DNA of 64,000 bases from a virus. Positions 8,518 through 18,167 of the stretch are shown piece after piece. Below the pieces are notes generated by a model. That model did no database searches. It was not told where the DNA came from and saw only the letters and a program-made list of their open reading frames with translations. The translations under genes and the position numbers were made by a program. The number at the start of each line of letters is the position of its first letter. Within the stretch, counting starts at the first letter, position 1. The stretch lies in IMG/VR virus record IMGVR_UViG_3300048015_000072, positions 37,057 to 101,056 of that record. One strand, given 5' to 3'.

Positions 8518-9138
8518 TTAAAGCTCAAACGTAACAGGCGGGTGGGACACTTTGTAGTGCTCATTCAAAATACTGGCGTTGACGAACTTGATCCCATGGC
8601 GCTCGGTTTCTCCGTAGGCTTCATGGATGTGTCCGAAGCAATGGTATTTAGGTTGAGCGTTTACTGCCGCGAAATAAAGACTTTCTGATCCGCATCTGAC
8701 CCCTTCGCAATTCCAATCTAAAACCCCATACGGCGGTCCATGAGTAATCAAGACATCTAAGTTATGGGGTATTTTTGAAAAGGTCTCTGCAAGTTGCTTT
8801 TCAGTCTGCATAAAAAACCAATTGAGGAAGATAGGAGTATTTGGGCTGCCGTAGAAATGCTTGCCTTCAATGCTAATGCCCTCGTTTTGAAGGTAGATTG
8901 CATTCGTCAAAACCTTACGAGCTTCCCCTGGCTTGGTTTGAAATATCCGATCGTGGTTTCCAGCAACGTAGATCTTATGTGGGTGAGTTTGCTCTCCAAA
9001 CCATTCGTTGAGTTCTACGAGTTCTTCAAGGTCGCCGTATTTAAGCCCATCCCCACAATGGATTAGTACGTCGCCTTCGGGGATCATGCCTATTTGATCA
9101 TGACGACCGTGCGTATCTGAGATTACAACTACTTTCAC
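8518..9138 (-). CDS. calcineurin-like metallophosphoesterase (MPPED/239FB-like)
   Basis: ISDTH, HCGD, AGNHD, ITHGPP, FGHIHE motifs. Confidence 0.92.
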   Translation of the reverse strand: MKVVVISDTHGRHDQIGMIPEGDVLIHCGDGLKYGDLEELVELNEWFGEQTHPHKIYVAGNHDRIFQTKPGEARKVLTNAIYLQNEGISIEGKHFYGSPNTPIFLNWFFMQTEKQLAETFSKIPHNLDVLITHGPPYGVLDWNCEGVRCGSESLYFAAVNAQPKYHCFGHIHEAYGETERHGIKFVNASILNEHYKVSHPPVTFEL

Positions 9139-9836
9139 TCTTCAACCGATTCTGCAAGATTAGTCATCGTTACGCCAGCTTCTTCGGCAATATCAAATAC
9201 GCTTTTTTTGAATTTGGTGTTGTCCTCGGGGTTTCCATAAAAGCTTAATTCCCAAAATACGGCGTAAATGATCTCGCCCAAGGTATATCGAACACCGTTA
9301 TCTAAAGTAAATAGCTCTTTTCCCCAATCATTGCTTTCGTGATCGTCGTTGTAGATTAACAGAGATTTTTTAAGCTTAAGGGAAAGTTTTGCAAGCTCAT
9401 TTGCGGGAGTGAACGTAATTGCGTATTGAATTCTTTCACCCGCTTTGCCGCTTTGAGTGTCCTTCGTCAATACCGGGCCAATGCCATGAAACTCTGGATT
9501 TTCCATTCCGTGTATTGCATCGGGTTGAACCATAAAGGTTTTGTAAAGTTCTAAAAACTCAATTTTATCGTCTTCTGTTTCTTCTTTGGGATTTAGCAAT
9601 GGACTTAAACCAACCTCGAGATATTCTTTTAACCAATTGCCCACAAGTAGGTCCCAAAACTCATCATCACGCTGTACTAACAAAAACAAATCGCCCAAAG
9701 TCACGTCATCCGCTAATTGAACGGCATCAAAACTTCTCCGAACTGCACTATCGGTTACATCCCGGTCAACGTAGGTCCCGTCTTTCCATTCGTGGAGTAT
9801 TAAATGTCCGCCCTTGGTTAACGTCAGCGTTTCCAT
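9135..9836 (-). CDS. hypothetical phage protein
   Basis: 233-aa coupled ORF; C-terminal WELSFYG motif. Confidence 0.65.
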   Translation of the reverse strand: METLTLTKGGHLILHEWKDGTYVDRDVTDSAVRRSFDAVQLADDVTLGDLFLLVQRDDEFWDLLVGNWLKEYLEVGLSPLLNPKEETEDDKIEFLELYKTFMVQPDAIHGMENPEFHGIGPVLTKDTQSGKAGERIQYAITFTPANELAKLSLKLKKSLLIYNDDHESNDWGKELFTLDNGVRYTLGEIIYAVFWELSFYGNPEDNTKFKKSVFDIAEEAGVTMTNLAESVEE

Positions 9837-10240
9837 TAAGAGCCTTTGACGACGTTTGAGTCTTTGAGAGTTTGCAATTCAATATATAGATTTCTTTTAA
9901 GGGCGGCCTCTGGGGTAAATCCTTGAGGGTAGCGTTTTTGAAGTTTTTTGATATTCATTTCCATGATCTCTTCAAACGAAGAATCAAGTTCGTTGATCAA
10001 AAGCGACACGTACCAAAGGACATCGCCCAGTTCTTCTTTCATGTTTAAAAGGTCAAGTTCTTTACCGTACATGATGTGTTTTTTAAGGGCGTCTTGAAGT
10101 TCCCCGGTCTCAGTGCATAGTCCAATAGCCCCGTGGAGGAGGCGGGAGATCCGCTTGTTTGCAATACGGTCGATCATGGATTTGTAATCGTCTTTGAGGT
10201 CCGTATTGAGCGTGAGTTTTTGATATTCTTTCGCGTTCAT
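9836..10240 (-). CDS. MazG-like nucleoside triphosphate pyrophosphohydrolase
   Basis: ETGELQD...KEELGDVLWY...NIKKLQKRYP. Confidence 0.88.
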   Translation of the reverse strand: MNAKEYQKLTLNTDLKDDYKSMIDRIANKRISRLLHGAIGLCTETGELQDALKKHIMYGKELDLLNMKEELGDVLWYVSLLINELDSSFEEIMEMNIKKLQKRYPQGFTPEAALKRNLYIELQTLKDSNVVKGS

Positions 10241-10269
10241 TAAAGCCGCCTCCAGGAATAATTTGGAAT

Positions 10270-10310
10270 TGTCCCAATTAGAATGAGATGTCCCAATTAT
10301 GTCCTAATTT
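10270..10310. repeat. three 11-bp direct repeats TGTCCYAATTW
   Basis: Copies at 10270, 10289 and 10300, overlapping the -10 box of the MazG-block promoter (TTGCCT-N17-CATAAT, minus strand, 10296-10324). Confidence 0.6.
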
Positions 10311-10330
10311 AACCCTAGAGGCAAGGTTAA

Positions 10331-10735
10331 TTAGAGCTTAGACAGCTTTAGAGCGGGGTCTTTGCCTTTACCGCAAGTTGGATCTTCCGCAAAGATGGGT
10401 ATTCGAATATTCATTCCCAGTTTATTTTTGGTTTCTATGGTTTTCTGGTATCTGACATCAATCGGGTAAACCATGTTGTAGTTAAGATGACTTTTTCGCG
10501 CTTTCGAAGTCAGCATGATTACGGCGGTTCCGAAGTTATGACATCGATCAACCCCAGTTGACCCCAAGCAAATGCTCCCATCGTCATTGAAGTTGTGGTT
10601 AACCAAAACTGATGAGGTTTGCGGGTATTTTTCGACCACAGTAATGTTCATGAGTTTGGTGCAGTTTTTTACTGAGCCTGAAGCAAAAGCTTGGCTGCTA
10701 AAAATCAATGTCAAAATAGCAATTACACGTACCAC
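10331..10735 (-). CDS. secreted hypothetical protein
   Basis: Signal peptide ending AFA; GGAGG RBS. Confidence 0.6.
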   Translation of the reverse strand: MVRVIAILTLIFSSQAFASGSVKNCTKLMNITVVEKYPQTSSVLVNHNFNDDGSICLGSTGVDRCHNFGTAVIMLTSKARKSHLNYNMVYPIDVRYQKTIETKNKLGMNIRIPIFAEDPTCGKGKDPALKLSKL

Positions 10736-10941
10736 AAAAACCTCCAGGTTTACCGCTCCCTTAAGGTTAATTTGTCAGAGTAAATTAGTCCAGCGATCCA
10801 AACTACGGTATCAAATTAATTCGAAAACGATGATGTAGAAGTTGATGATGCGTATCACTTTGATAGGCTTCCAAACCGAAGTCTGAACAAAAGGTTTCGT
10901 ATAGGTTTTAAAATGAATCTGATAAAGGCGCTTACCGATTC

Positions 10942-11514
10942 TCATACGGATACAACCTCAATGAGGTGTGGCAAAAAAGCCTTCATGCGAACTTCAATTC
11001 CATTTTTGAGAGTCTTCTGGGAGTAGGGGCATTCCGCACAAGCTCCTTTCAATACCAGCTCAAGGCGTCCATTTTCGTATCGATAAAAAGAAATGTCGCC
11101 CCCATCGCGAGATACAACAGGCCTAATCAACTCGTTCAAAACCTTTTTGATTGTCTGAACGTCTTTGGAATCGGTTGATTTGATTTGCTCGTTATCTTCT
11201 GGAAGCAAAATCGGACGGCCCTTTGAAACGTAATCTTGAAAAGCAAGAATTAGAGAATCGGTTACATCAAACCAATTGAAACCCTCGATTGCAGATACCG
11301 TCACGAAATTAAAACCCACGTAAACACGATTCACCCAAGCGAGTTGCAAAAGCAAAGCCGCGAGTGGAGATCTTGAGGTATTTCCCCCTTTAATAAATTC
11401 GCATCCGTCCTTTGCAATTACATTGGAGAACTGAAATTTAATGCTAGCTGGGTTTGGAGTCGGATTGGCCGTAATCGTTGGTGGAGCATCTCTAACAATC
11501 TGTAAATGGCTCAT
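10942..11514 (-). CDS. NfuA/NifU-like Fe-S cluster carrier
   Basis: N-terminal PTPNPASIKF scaffold domain; C-terminal IRPVVSRDGGDI...LKGACAECP (CxxC). Confidence 0.9.
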   Translation of the reverse strand: MSHLQIVRDAPPTITANPTPNPASIKFQFSNVIAKDGCEFIKGGNTSRSPLAALLLQLAWVNRVYVGFNFVTVSAIEGFNWFDVTDSLILAFQDYVSKGRPILLPEDNEQIKSTDSKDVQTIKKVLNELIRPVVSRDGGDISFYRYENGRLELVLKGACAECPYSQKTLKNGIEVRMKAFLPHLIEVVSV

Positions 11515-11726
11515 TTGCCATCCGATCTAGAGGATACGATTTTTAGTTTTGGCTTTACGTTTCTTTGCCCGAGTTTGATGGTAGTTGGTTTTTCGTTTCG
11601 GTTATCAAATGGGTAGTGTTGTTCGTCTATTGAAAAACCCCGAAATCTACGAATTAGCAGGGGAATGTAGATCACTAAAAACATTGCGGTCATTCCTACA
11701 AAAGTTCCAACAAAAAATAAATTCAT
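11511..11726 (-). CDS. small membrane protein
   Basis: N-terminal TM helix; promoter TTGGAG-N17-TACTCT at 11742-11770 with operator in spacer. Confidence 0.55.
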   Translation of the reverse strand: MNLFFVGTFVGMTAMFLVIYIPLLIRRFRGFSIDEQHYPFDNRNEKPTTIKLGQRNVKPKLKIVSSRSDGK

Positions 11727-11805
11727 AGAGCCCTCAATCTAAGAGTATCAACTATTTAACCCATCTCCAAGAAAAAAGCGCGATTCGTTTTGAGATAATT
11801 AACCC

Positions 11806-12153
11806 ATGCGTAGGTTATTGCTCATTGCTTGTTGTTTATCGATGCTTTCTGGGTGTTCTTTATTTCGTCCCCGATTCAAAGTCGGCGAATGTCTGTTCCG
11901 TTACGAAAACAAAGTTTGGGAACTCAAAAAAGACGAAAAACCCATTTTGATGGTCAAGATCCAAGATGTTAAAGATGGCAAATACTTGATGAATGAATGG
12001 CTTTACAAAGACTCCGGAGATTCCATCAGAGAAGAAAAAACGACGGTCCTAGATACATCTGCGTATTATAAAAAAATTGACGATTGCACTGACGGTCTTC
12101 AACAATTACCCAGTTGGGTAGAGTCATTTCAGTACAGCTACGACCAAGATTGA
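11806..12153 (+). CDS. lipoprotein
   Basis: Lipobox LSGC; GATAAT 6 nt before ATG (leaderless). Confidence 0.7.
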   Translation: MRRLLLIACCLSMLSGCSLFRPRFKVGECLFRYENKVWELKKDEKPILMVKIQDVKDGKYLMNEWLYKDSGDSIREEKTTVLDTSAYYKKIDDCTDGLQQLPSWVESFQYSYDQD

Positions 12154-12226
12154 TAGAATAGCGAAAATCAAAATACAAAATATTAAATCCTTTTGAAGTT
12201 TCGAAAACGGATTAGTTGGATTCGAC

Positions 12227-12493
12227 TTAATTTGTGGACCTTACAAAAACCTTTTTACCTTTTGCTTCTTTTAAGGCCCTGCACGGGATGTTTGAATCTT
12301 CTGAAGCCTCGCAGTTGGCGCTCATGCGGTCGTCCAGGTAGGATACGACTTCGGTAATAAAAATTTGAACGACGATCCCAACGCAAATGTAAAAAATGGC
12401 CGAAAGGAAGTTAATTCGCCCTTCAGTTTGTCTGACGAGCCTGTGGTTTAGGATTTGCTGTTCAAGACTTGGTTTTTGGTCTTCTATTGTCAT
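12227..12493 (-). CDS. small membrane protein
   Basis: Central TM helix; promoter TTGCTA-N17-TAAATT 6 nt before ATG with inverted operator pair ATTTAACCC-N5-GGGTTAAAT. Confidence 0.55.
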   Translation of the reverse strand: MTIEDQKPSLEQQILNHRLVRQTEGRINFLSAIFYICVGIVVQIFITEVVSYLDDRMSANCEASEDSNIPCRALKEAKGKKVFVRSTN

Positions 12494-12595
12494 AAAAGTA
12501 ATTTAACCCGAAGTGGGTTAAATAGCAAGTGAAATGGCCGGGAGAGGTACTGATATAATTATGAAAGATTCAGAATCAAATGGGGACTTCATTTA

Positions 12596-14692
12596 ATGGC
12601 ATTTGGACTAGACGCGCTCGTAAACAATATAACCGATTCAGTTTCGGGTTTGGTCAACGGGCTTTTAGGCAAAAGCAATGAAACAAAACCGTACCCCGAT
12701 GCCGATACCCGAATCTCAATTGCTTTAAACCAGATCACGCCCAGCAATTGGCTGAAATCAATTCCTTATGCTTTTTCGGTTCAGAGTGCTTCGGGCCAAG
12801 ACGACTTTGTCGCAAACTTGTTCTCTGATTTTGTTTTGCCTTTGAACCCTTCTGACATTGCACAAGACGAAAACTTCTCAATAAACATTCGCCCGACTCA
12901 AGGGGGAAGCGTTGTTCAACACTCAGGTATTCGATATAGGGATTTGATTATTTCCGGTACAACGGGAATCGCGCCGTTTCGCGGAGCCGGTGGAGTTCAA
13001 AAATCAAACGGTAAGGCAATCTTTCAGCCGGACGCCCTCAAATACAAATCCGGTTACGAGGTTTTTTTAACTCTTCGAAACTGGTTCAAGGCGTATTATC
13101 AAGTCAAGACAACCAATAATGACCTAATTTTGGTTTTCAAAAATTTCAAAGACGGGGAATTCCTGATTATCGAACTGAACAAGTTTCAGATGAAACGATC
13201 AGCCAGCCGTAAAACCCTTTACGACTACACAATCAGTTGTAGAGTGCTGGGGAACGTGGCGTTTCAAGAACCCGCTGGGGCTAAAGGATTTTATGCAGAC
13301 ATCGATAGCTTTGTCGATCAAGCTAAAGAGGGTTTAGATACAGCACGAGGTGGTTTACTTCGCTCGCAACAAATTCTTAGGCAGGTAGAGGCCACATACG
13401 AATCAACCGTACTTGATCCATTGAGAAAAGCTATTTTAGCAATCAAAGCCTTCAAAGGGCTTGGAACAGTTGCGGCAGACCTTGGACGACAAGCTATTTC
13501 AAATACGGTCAGTGAAGCTGCGACACTCGGAGTGCTCCTTGGCATTTCAAAACAATCTAGTTTAACCGCTTCGGATCAAGCTGAAGTTAAAAAAGCTTTA
13601 ACCAGTGCCCAAAATAATTCTCGGGTAGGTGCTTCTTCTCCAACGACTGCAAACGCTGTAGCCTCGCTTTTGAACACGTCTGACATATTGACTAGGGTTG
13701 ACTCTTCCGTGCTGCCCAAGGCCTCACAGGATGCCTTAAAAGCTGAATTAGCGGCGGCTGCGGCTTTACCTCGAAGCTTCTACGAAGAAACCCTGAATAC
13801 TTTGACGCGAGTTCGGGACAACGCTGTTGATAAGTTTGGATTAGGATCTCCGGTGTATGATGCTCAATTTGGTAGGGTTTCAACTGGAACAGTAAATTCT
13901 CAAGCCGCAACTGAAGATGAGATTTTACTTGTGGACGCATTTTCAAAAGCCATTAAAGCAATGGAAAAAGTCCTTTCCGCTAACAACTTTCATGGAACTT
14001 CGTACTCAGACTTGATAACCGACGTTCAAAGTAAGTTCACCGAAAACTTGGGTTTAAAAATCCAACCCGCAATGAAAAGCATTATTCTTCCTACCGATAC
14101 CGATCTGGAAAGACTTGCGCTCCAACAACTTGGTAATTCCTCACGTTGGGTTGAGATTGCGGAGTTAAACGGTTTAAAACCCCCATTTATTATTCAAGAT
14201 CAAAGCGACACAACTTTGAATGTCCTTCATCCAGGACAACAAATCTTGATCCCAGAACCAGTTCAAAACGGTTTTGGAACTTTGGTTTCGGGTAAACCAA
14301 CTTATTACACAGACAACCTCAGCCAAATTGAAAAGAACCTTGGCGTGGATTTGATGATTGATGAGAATTTCGATTTAGTGCTTTCCAACAACAACGATCT
14401 AGAGCTTGCAGTAGGTGCAAAAAACGCAGCCCAGGCGATTGCTTTAAAACTCGCGTATGAGCCCGGAGATTTAATAAAGCACCCTTCGGTTGGAGTCGGG
14501 ATAACTGTTGGTGAGAAATTTCCAGACCTAAACGATATTCAAATCAATTTGGTTAAAAGCCTTACGCAAGATCCAAGATTTCAATCGGTGCAAAACCTGT
14601 CAATTCAACAAGATGGGTCTTCGTTGCTTTTAAATTTTGAGGTCAAAATCACCAACGTGGACATTCCAGTTCCTCTTTCAATTCGAATTTAA
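12596..14692 (+). CDS. baseplate protein: tube-initiator-like N-domain, LysM-like domain, gp25-like C-domain
   Basis: LPLNPSDI start; LERLALQQLGNSSRWVEIAELNGL (LysM-like); HPSVG...LTQDPRF (gp25-like); precedes baseplate J. Confidence 0.7.
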   Translation: MAFGLDALVNNITDSVSGLVNGLLGKSNETKPYPDADTRISIALNQITPSNWLKSIPYAFSVQSASGQDDFVANLFSDFVLPLNPSDIAQDENFSINIRPTQGGSVVQHSGIRYRDLIISGTTGIAPFRGAGGVQKSNGKAIFQPDALKYKSGYEVFLTLRNWFKAYYQVKTTNNDLILVFKNFKDGEFLIIELNKFQMKRSASRKTLYDYTISCRVLGNVAFQEPAGAKGFYADIDSFVDQAKEGLDTARGGLLRSQQILRQVEATYESTVLDPLRKAILAIKAFKGLGTVAADLGRQAISNTVSEAATLGVLLGISKQSSLTASDQAEVKKALTSAQNNSRVGASSPTTANAVASLLNTSDILTRVDSSVLPKASQDALKAELAAAAALPRSFYEETLNTLTRVRDNAVDKFGLGSPVYDAQFGRVSTGTVNSQAATEDEILLVDAFSKAIKAMEKVLSANNFHGTSYSDLITDVQSKFTENLGLKIQPAMKSIILPTDTDLERLALQQLGNSSRWVEIAELNGLKPPFIIQDQSDTTLNVLHPGQQILIPEPVQNGFGTLVSGKPTYYTDNLSQIEKNLGVDLMIDENFDLVLSNNNDLELAVGAKNAAQAIALKLAYEPGDLIKHPSVGVGITVGEKFPDLNDIQINLVKSLTQDPRFQSVQNLSIQQDGSSLLLNFEVKITNVDIPVPLSIRI

Positions 14693-14762
14693 CCAATTGG
14701 GATCATTGAAATTTTAAAGCCCCAAGATGGCAAAATAGAAAGAGATAAAGAGGGAGAACTAA

Positions 14763-17700
14763 ATGGGCAGTTTGACGCTCAAATCCGAAAATCAGATCTT
14801 AGCCGATCAAATTTCAAAATTCTTAGCGACTACTGCAATCAACGACTTAAACTCGGGTTCGACCATCTTGACGCTTTTGGAAGCAAACGCTCAAGAAATA
14901 TTTCAAGCCTACATTCAGCTTGTAAACGTAATTCGAAACTACAATTTGGATACCACGACCGGATCTGACCTCGATGCGAGGGCGTTTGAATACAACTTAA
15001 CTCGAAATGCAGCTCAAAAAGCTTCTGGGCTTATTAGAATTTTACGTGACTCAAGTTTCGTGAAAGTTTCTACTTCTTTTTATTCGGGATTACCAGCACC
15101 CGTCGTAGGAGATACCGTTTTGCGCGTCAATGATGCGTCGAACGTGCTTTACGGTACTTCGGGAACTTTGATCATAGGACGCGGAACTTCGAACGAAGAA
15201 GAAGTAACTTATACTTCTGCACCAACGAACTTTACAAACTACTACGAATTTGTGACATCTCCTTTTGCGAATAGTCATGGTTTAAGCGAAAGCGTTATTT
15301 TGAAACAGGGCGTGGATGAAGTTATTCCCGCAGGAACTATTGTCAAAGTTCCCGCAGCGGGAGTAAGCCCAGATATTAACTTTGCGGTAAACCAGGACGT
15401 TACTCTGTTATCTGGCGAAGCCTATGTCGATAACGTAGAAGTAACTGCGGTATTGACTGGTACTTCTGGCAACATTGCAATTGGAGCAATTACTGGCACT
15501 CAAGCATTTGCTTCACCCCCTTTTCAAAATGCTCAGGCAACTAATTTATCAAAATTTACTACGGGCCAAGACCAAGAAATTGACGATGATTTAAGAAACC
15601 GAATTAAAAACCACATCCAATCTTTGAGCAACGCAACTCAAGAAGCTTTGTTAAACGCAATTATCGGAGTAGTTGATACTGCCAGCGCAAAGCGTGTGGT
15701 CTCGGCTAACGTGATTTTGCCGACAACTGCGGACGAACCCGTAAAAATTTATATCGATGACGGAACTGGCTTTGAAGCATCTTTCTCTAGCCAAGGTTTT
15801 GAAAGTCTTATTGATCAGGCTACGGGCGGTGAAACTCGACTTCAATTACAACTTGCCCCAGTTGTTAAAGCTAGTGTTGAGAGTAACAGTGCAGAACCTT
15901 TTAATATGAGCACGGGTAATCTAATTTTGACTTATCAAGTTGGATTACAAACCGAAACCATTACGTTCTTTATTTCCGATTTTACGTTCCCCTCGACAGT
16001 AAAAGCCCAAGAGATTGTCTCAAAGATCAATCTTCGTGCAAACCTAATTGAAGCCCGAACTGCCAACGGAGGAACTTCGGTAGTTATCTCCGCAAAGTCC
16101 GATATCAACGAGGACATTCAAGTTTTGGGCGGAACAGCTAACGCAATTTTAAATTTTCCTACTGACGCAAGATCGACTCTGTACCTATATGTGAATGGTG
16201 CGTTACTTTCTAAAGATGGTTCTACAGCCTACGTGGATACCGGCAGCCAAGAGACTTACAATTTTTCTGGAATAGGTGCAGCTCCTTGGCCCTTAAACGT
16301 AATTGTTGATGGTAAAAGCGCAAACCCCCAAATCGTAAATTTTCAAACAAGTAATTTTGTTTTGCCGTCTGCCGCAACTGCGGAAGAAGTCGCAAGCGTA
16401 ATCAATGCTCAACTTGCCGGTGCCCAAGCCAGCGTTATCAATAACGTAAGCGTTAGATTGGTATCAAACTCAAAATTAAATAGTGGATCGGGCATTCAAG
16501 TTACTGGTGGAAGTGCAAATACTGTTTTAAATTTCCCAACAAACGCTTCGGTCGGAACAAACAACGATTACACGTTGAACCGGGAACTCGGAACGATTCA
16601 ACTTAACAATCCATTATCGAAAAATGACGCAGTAACCGCTGGATCTCTTTTAACGCGTGCTAGGTTAACGGCGTCTACGGCAGAGAATTATTCAGTAATA
16701 GCCGGACAAACGCTGGTAATTACAGTTGATGGTGGATCACCCCAAACAGTGACGTTTCCAACTACGTCGCTTTTAAGTGCAGCTCAGGCGGCGTCAATCA
16801 TCAACGCTAGTCTTCAAGGCGGCAGTGCCACAGTAAATAAAATCGGAAATTTGAATTATTTAGAAATCAATACGAACACCTATACTCAAAGTCTCGGATC
16901 GATTGAAATTTCAAGTTCTTCTACTGCGGGTGCTTTTGGTTTTACCTACGATACCCTCAAAACAAACCAAAGGCCCGATCGGGCTTTCGTAGTTGCACCA
17001 AATAGTCCCCCAATTAACTTTGTCCAAAACCAAAGCTTAGTTGTCGTGGTCGATCAAGATAGTGCTAATAAAACCTTTACCATCATTTTTGATTTCAGCG
17101 GAACGGTTACAACCGGGATTTCAACAACTCAATTTGAAGCCCAGGCTTTTAACACCGTGTTTTCATCAGATTCGATTCTGAATAACTTTTACGTGATTGC
17201 AAAAAGCGGAGCCAATACAACTTCTGGAAGTTTGAGTACCGTAACAAAAATTTCTGGAAATACATTCCAATATACCTTTGCCTCTCTTCCTGTTGATTAC
17301 TCGGACTTTGCAATAGGGGATCATGTATTGATTTCTGGTATGCAAAACTCTGCAAATAACGGTAGTTTTTTAATCACCGCAATTAACCCAACTTTAGGAA
17401 CCTTTCAAATTTTAAATCCAAACGGAATAATTGAAGCAAACTCCATGGGAACCGCTTTGATAGGTCAGAGGCGGCAAGTCAGCGCCTATACTGCAATGAC
17501 CGGAAACATAACGGTTTCATCTCCCTTTAGAGCCATGTTTTCTCCCGGTGATACCTTTACGGTTCTGCCTTCAACCATTCTGAATTTGGTAAATTTCATC
17601 AACAACAAAAAAGTGACGACTTTAAGCACTACTGCTTACATCGAAGCGGTTCAAAACAACACAAAACTTCAATTATCTTCGATAAGCCAAGGTTCAGACG

Positions 17701-18164
17701 GCTACATTCAAGTTACTGGTGGAAGTGCAAATCAAAATCTTGGGTTTTCAACGTCCACAGTTCGGGGTCTCCAGGCTTACAATTACTCAACCGGCCTCGT
17801 TCTTCAGGTACACAAAACCGTGTACGGGGATGATCAAGATCTAGTTTCTTACCCCGGAGTAGGGGCTGCTGGTATTGAGTTTCAAATACTTGCACCTACA
17901 ATTGCTGAGGTTTCATTCAATCTAATTGTGACTCTGGCTCAGGGAGTTGCAATTGGAACAGTTGAAAACGACATTCGATCTGCGGTTACTGGTTATGTAA
18001 ATTCGCTTGGTATTGGCGCTGACGTAATTGTGTCCACTGTCATTCAAAAAATTATGGAAGTTACCGGAGTTACCGACGTTCAGATTGTGGCTCCTACCCA
18101 AAACATCGCAATTGCAGATAACGAAATTGCAAGAACCTCTGACTCGCTTATTACGATAGGTTAA
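14763..18164 (+). CDS. baseplate J/gp6-like wedge protein with inserted repeat domains
   Basis: GSDLDARA...R; GQDQEIDDDLRNRI; C-terminal YVNSLGIGADV; repeated VDG..Q.V.F...A...A..INA.L modules. Confidence 0.88.
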   Translation: MGSLTLKSENQILADQISKFLATTAINDLNSGSTILTLLEANAQEIFQAYIQLVNVIRNYNLDTTTGSDLDARAFEYNLTRNAAQKASGLIRILRDSSFVKVSTSFYSGLPAPVVGDTVLRVNDASNVLYGTSGTLIIGRGTSNEEEVTYTSAPTNFTNYYEFVTSPFANSHGLSESVILKQGVDEVIPAGTIVKVPAAGVSPDINFAVNQDVTLLSGEAYVDNVEVTAVLTGTSGNIAIGAITGTQAFASPPFQNAQATNLSKFTTGQDQEIDDDLRNRIKNHIQSLSNATQEALLNAIIGVVDTASAKRVVSANVILPTTADEPVKIYIDDGTGFEASFSSQGFESLIDQATGGETRLQLQLAPVVKASVESNSAEPFNMSTGNLILTYQVGLQTETITFFISDFTFPSTVKAQEIVSKINLRANLIEARTANGGTSVVISAKSDINEDIQVLGGTANAILNFPTDARSTLYLYVNGALLSKDGSTAYVDTGSQETYNFSGIGAAPWPLNVIVDGKSANPQIVNFQTSNFVLPSAATAEEVASVINAQLAGAQASVINNVSVRLVSNSKLNSGSGIQVTGGSANTVLNFPTNASVGTNNDYTLNRELGTIQLNNPLSKNDAVTAGSLLTRARLTASTAENYSVIAGQTLVITVDGGSPQTVTFPTTSLLSAAQAASIINASLQGGSATVNKIGNLNYLEINTNTYTQSLGSIEISSSSTAGAFGFTYDTLKTNQRPDRAFVVAPNSPPINFVQNQSLVVVVDQDSANKTFTIIFDFSGTVTTGISTTQFEAQAFNTVFSSDSILNNFYVIAKSGANTTSGSLSTVTKISGNTFQYTFASLPVDYSDFAIGDHVLISGMQNSANNGSFLITAINPTLGTFQILNPNGIIEANSMGTALIGQRRQVSAYTAMTGNITVSSPFRAMFSPGDTFTVLPSTILNLVNFINNKKVTTLSTTAYIEAVQNNTKLQLSSISQGSDGYIQVTGGSANQNLGFSTSTVRGLQAYNYSTGLVLQVHKTVYGDDQDLVSYPGVGAAGIEFQILAPTIAEVSFNLIVTLAQGVAIGTVENDIRSAVTGYVNSLGIGADVIVSTVIQKIMEVTGVTDVQIVAPTQNIAIADNEIARTSDSLITIG

Positions 18165-18167
18165 AAA

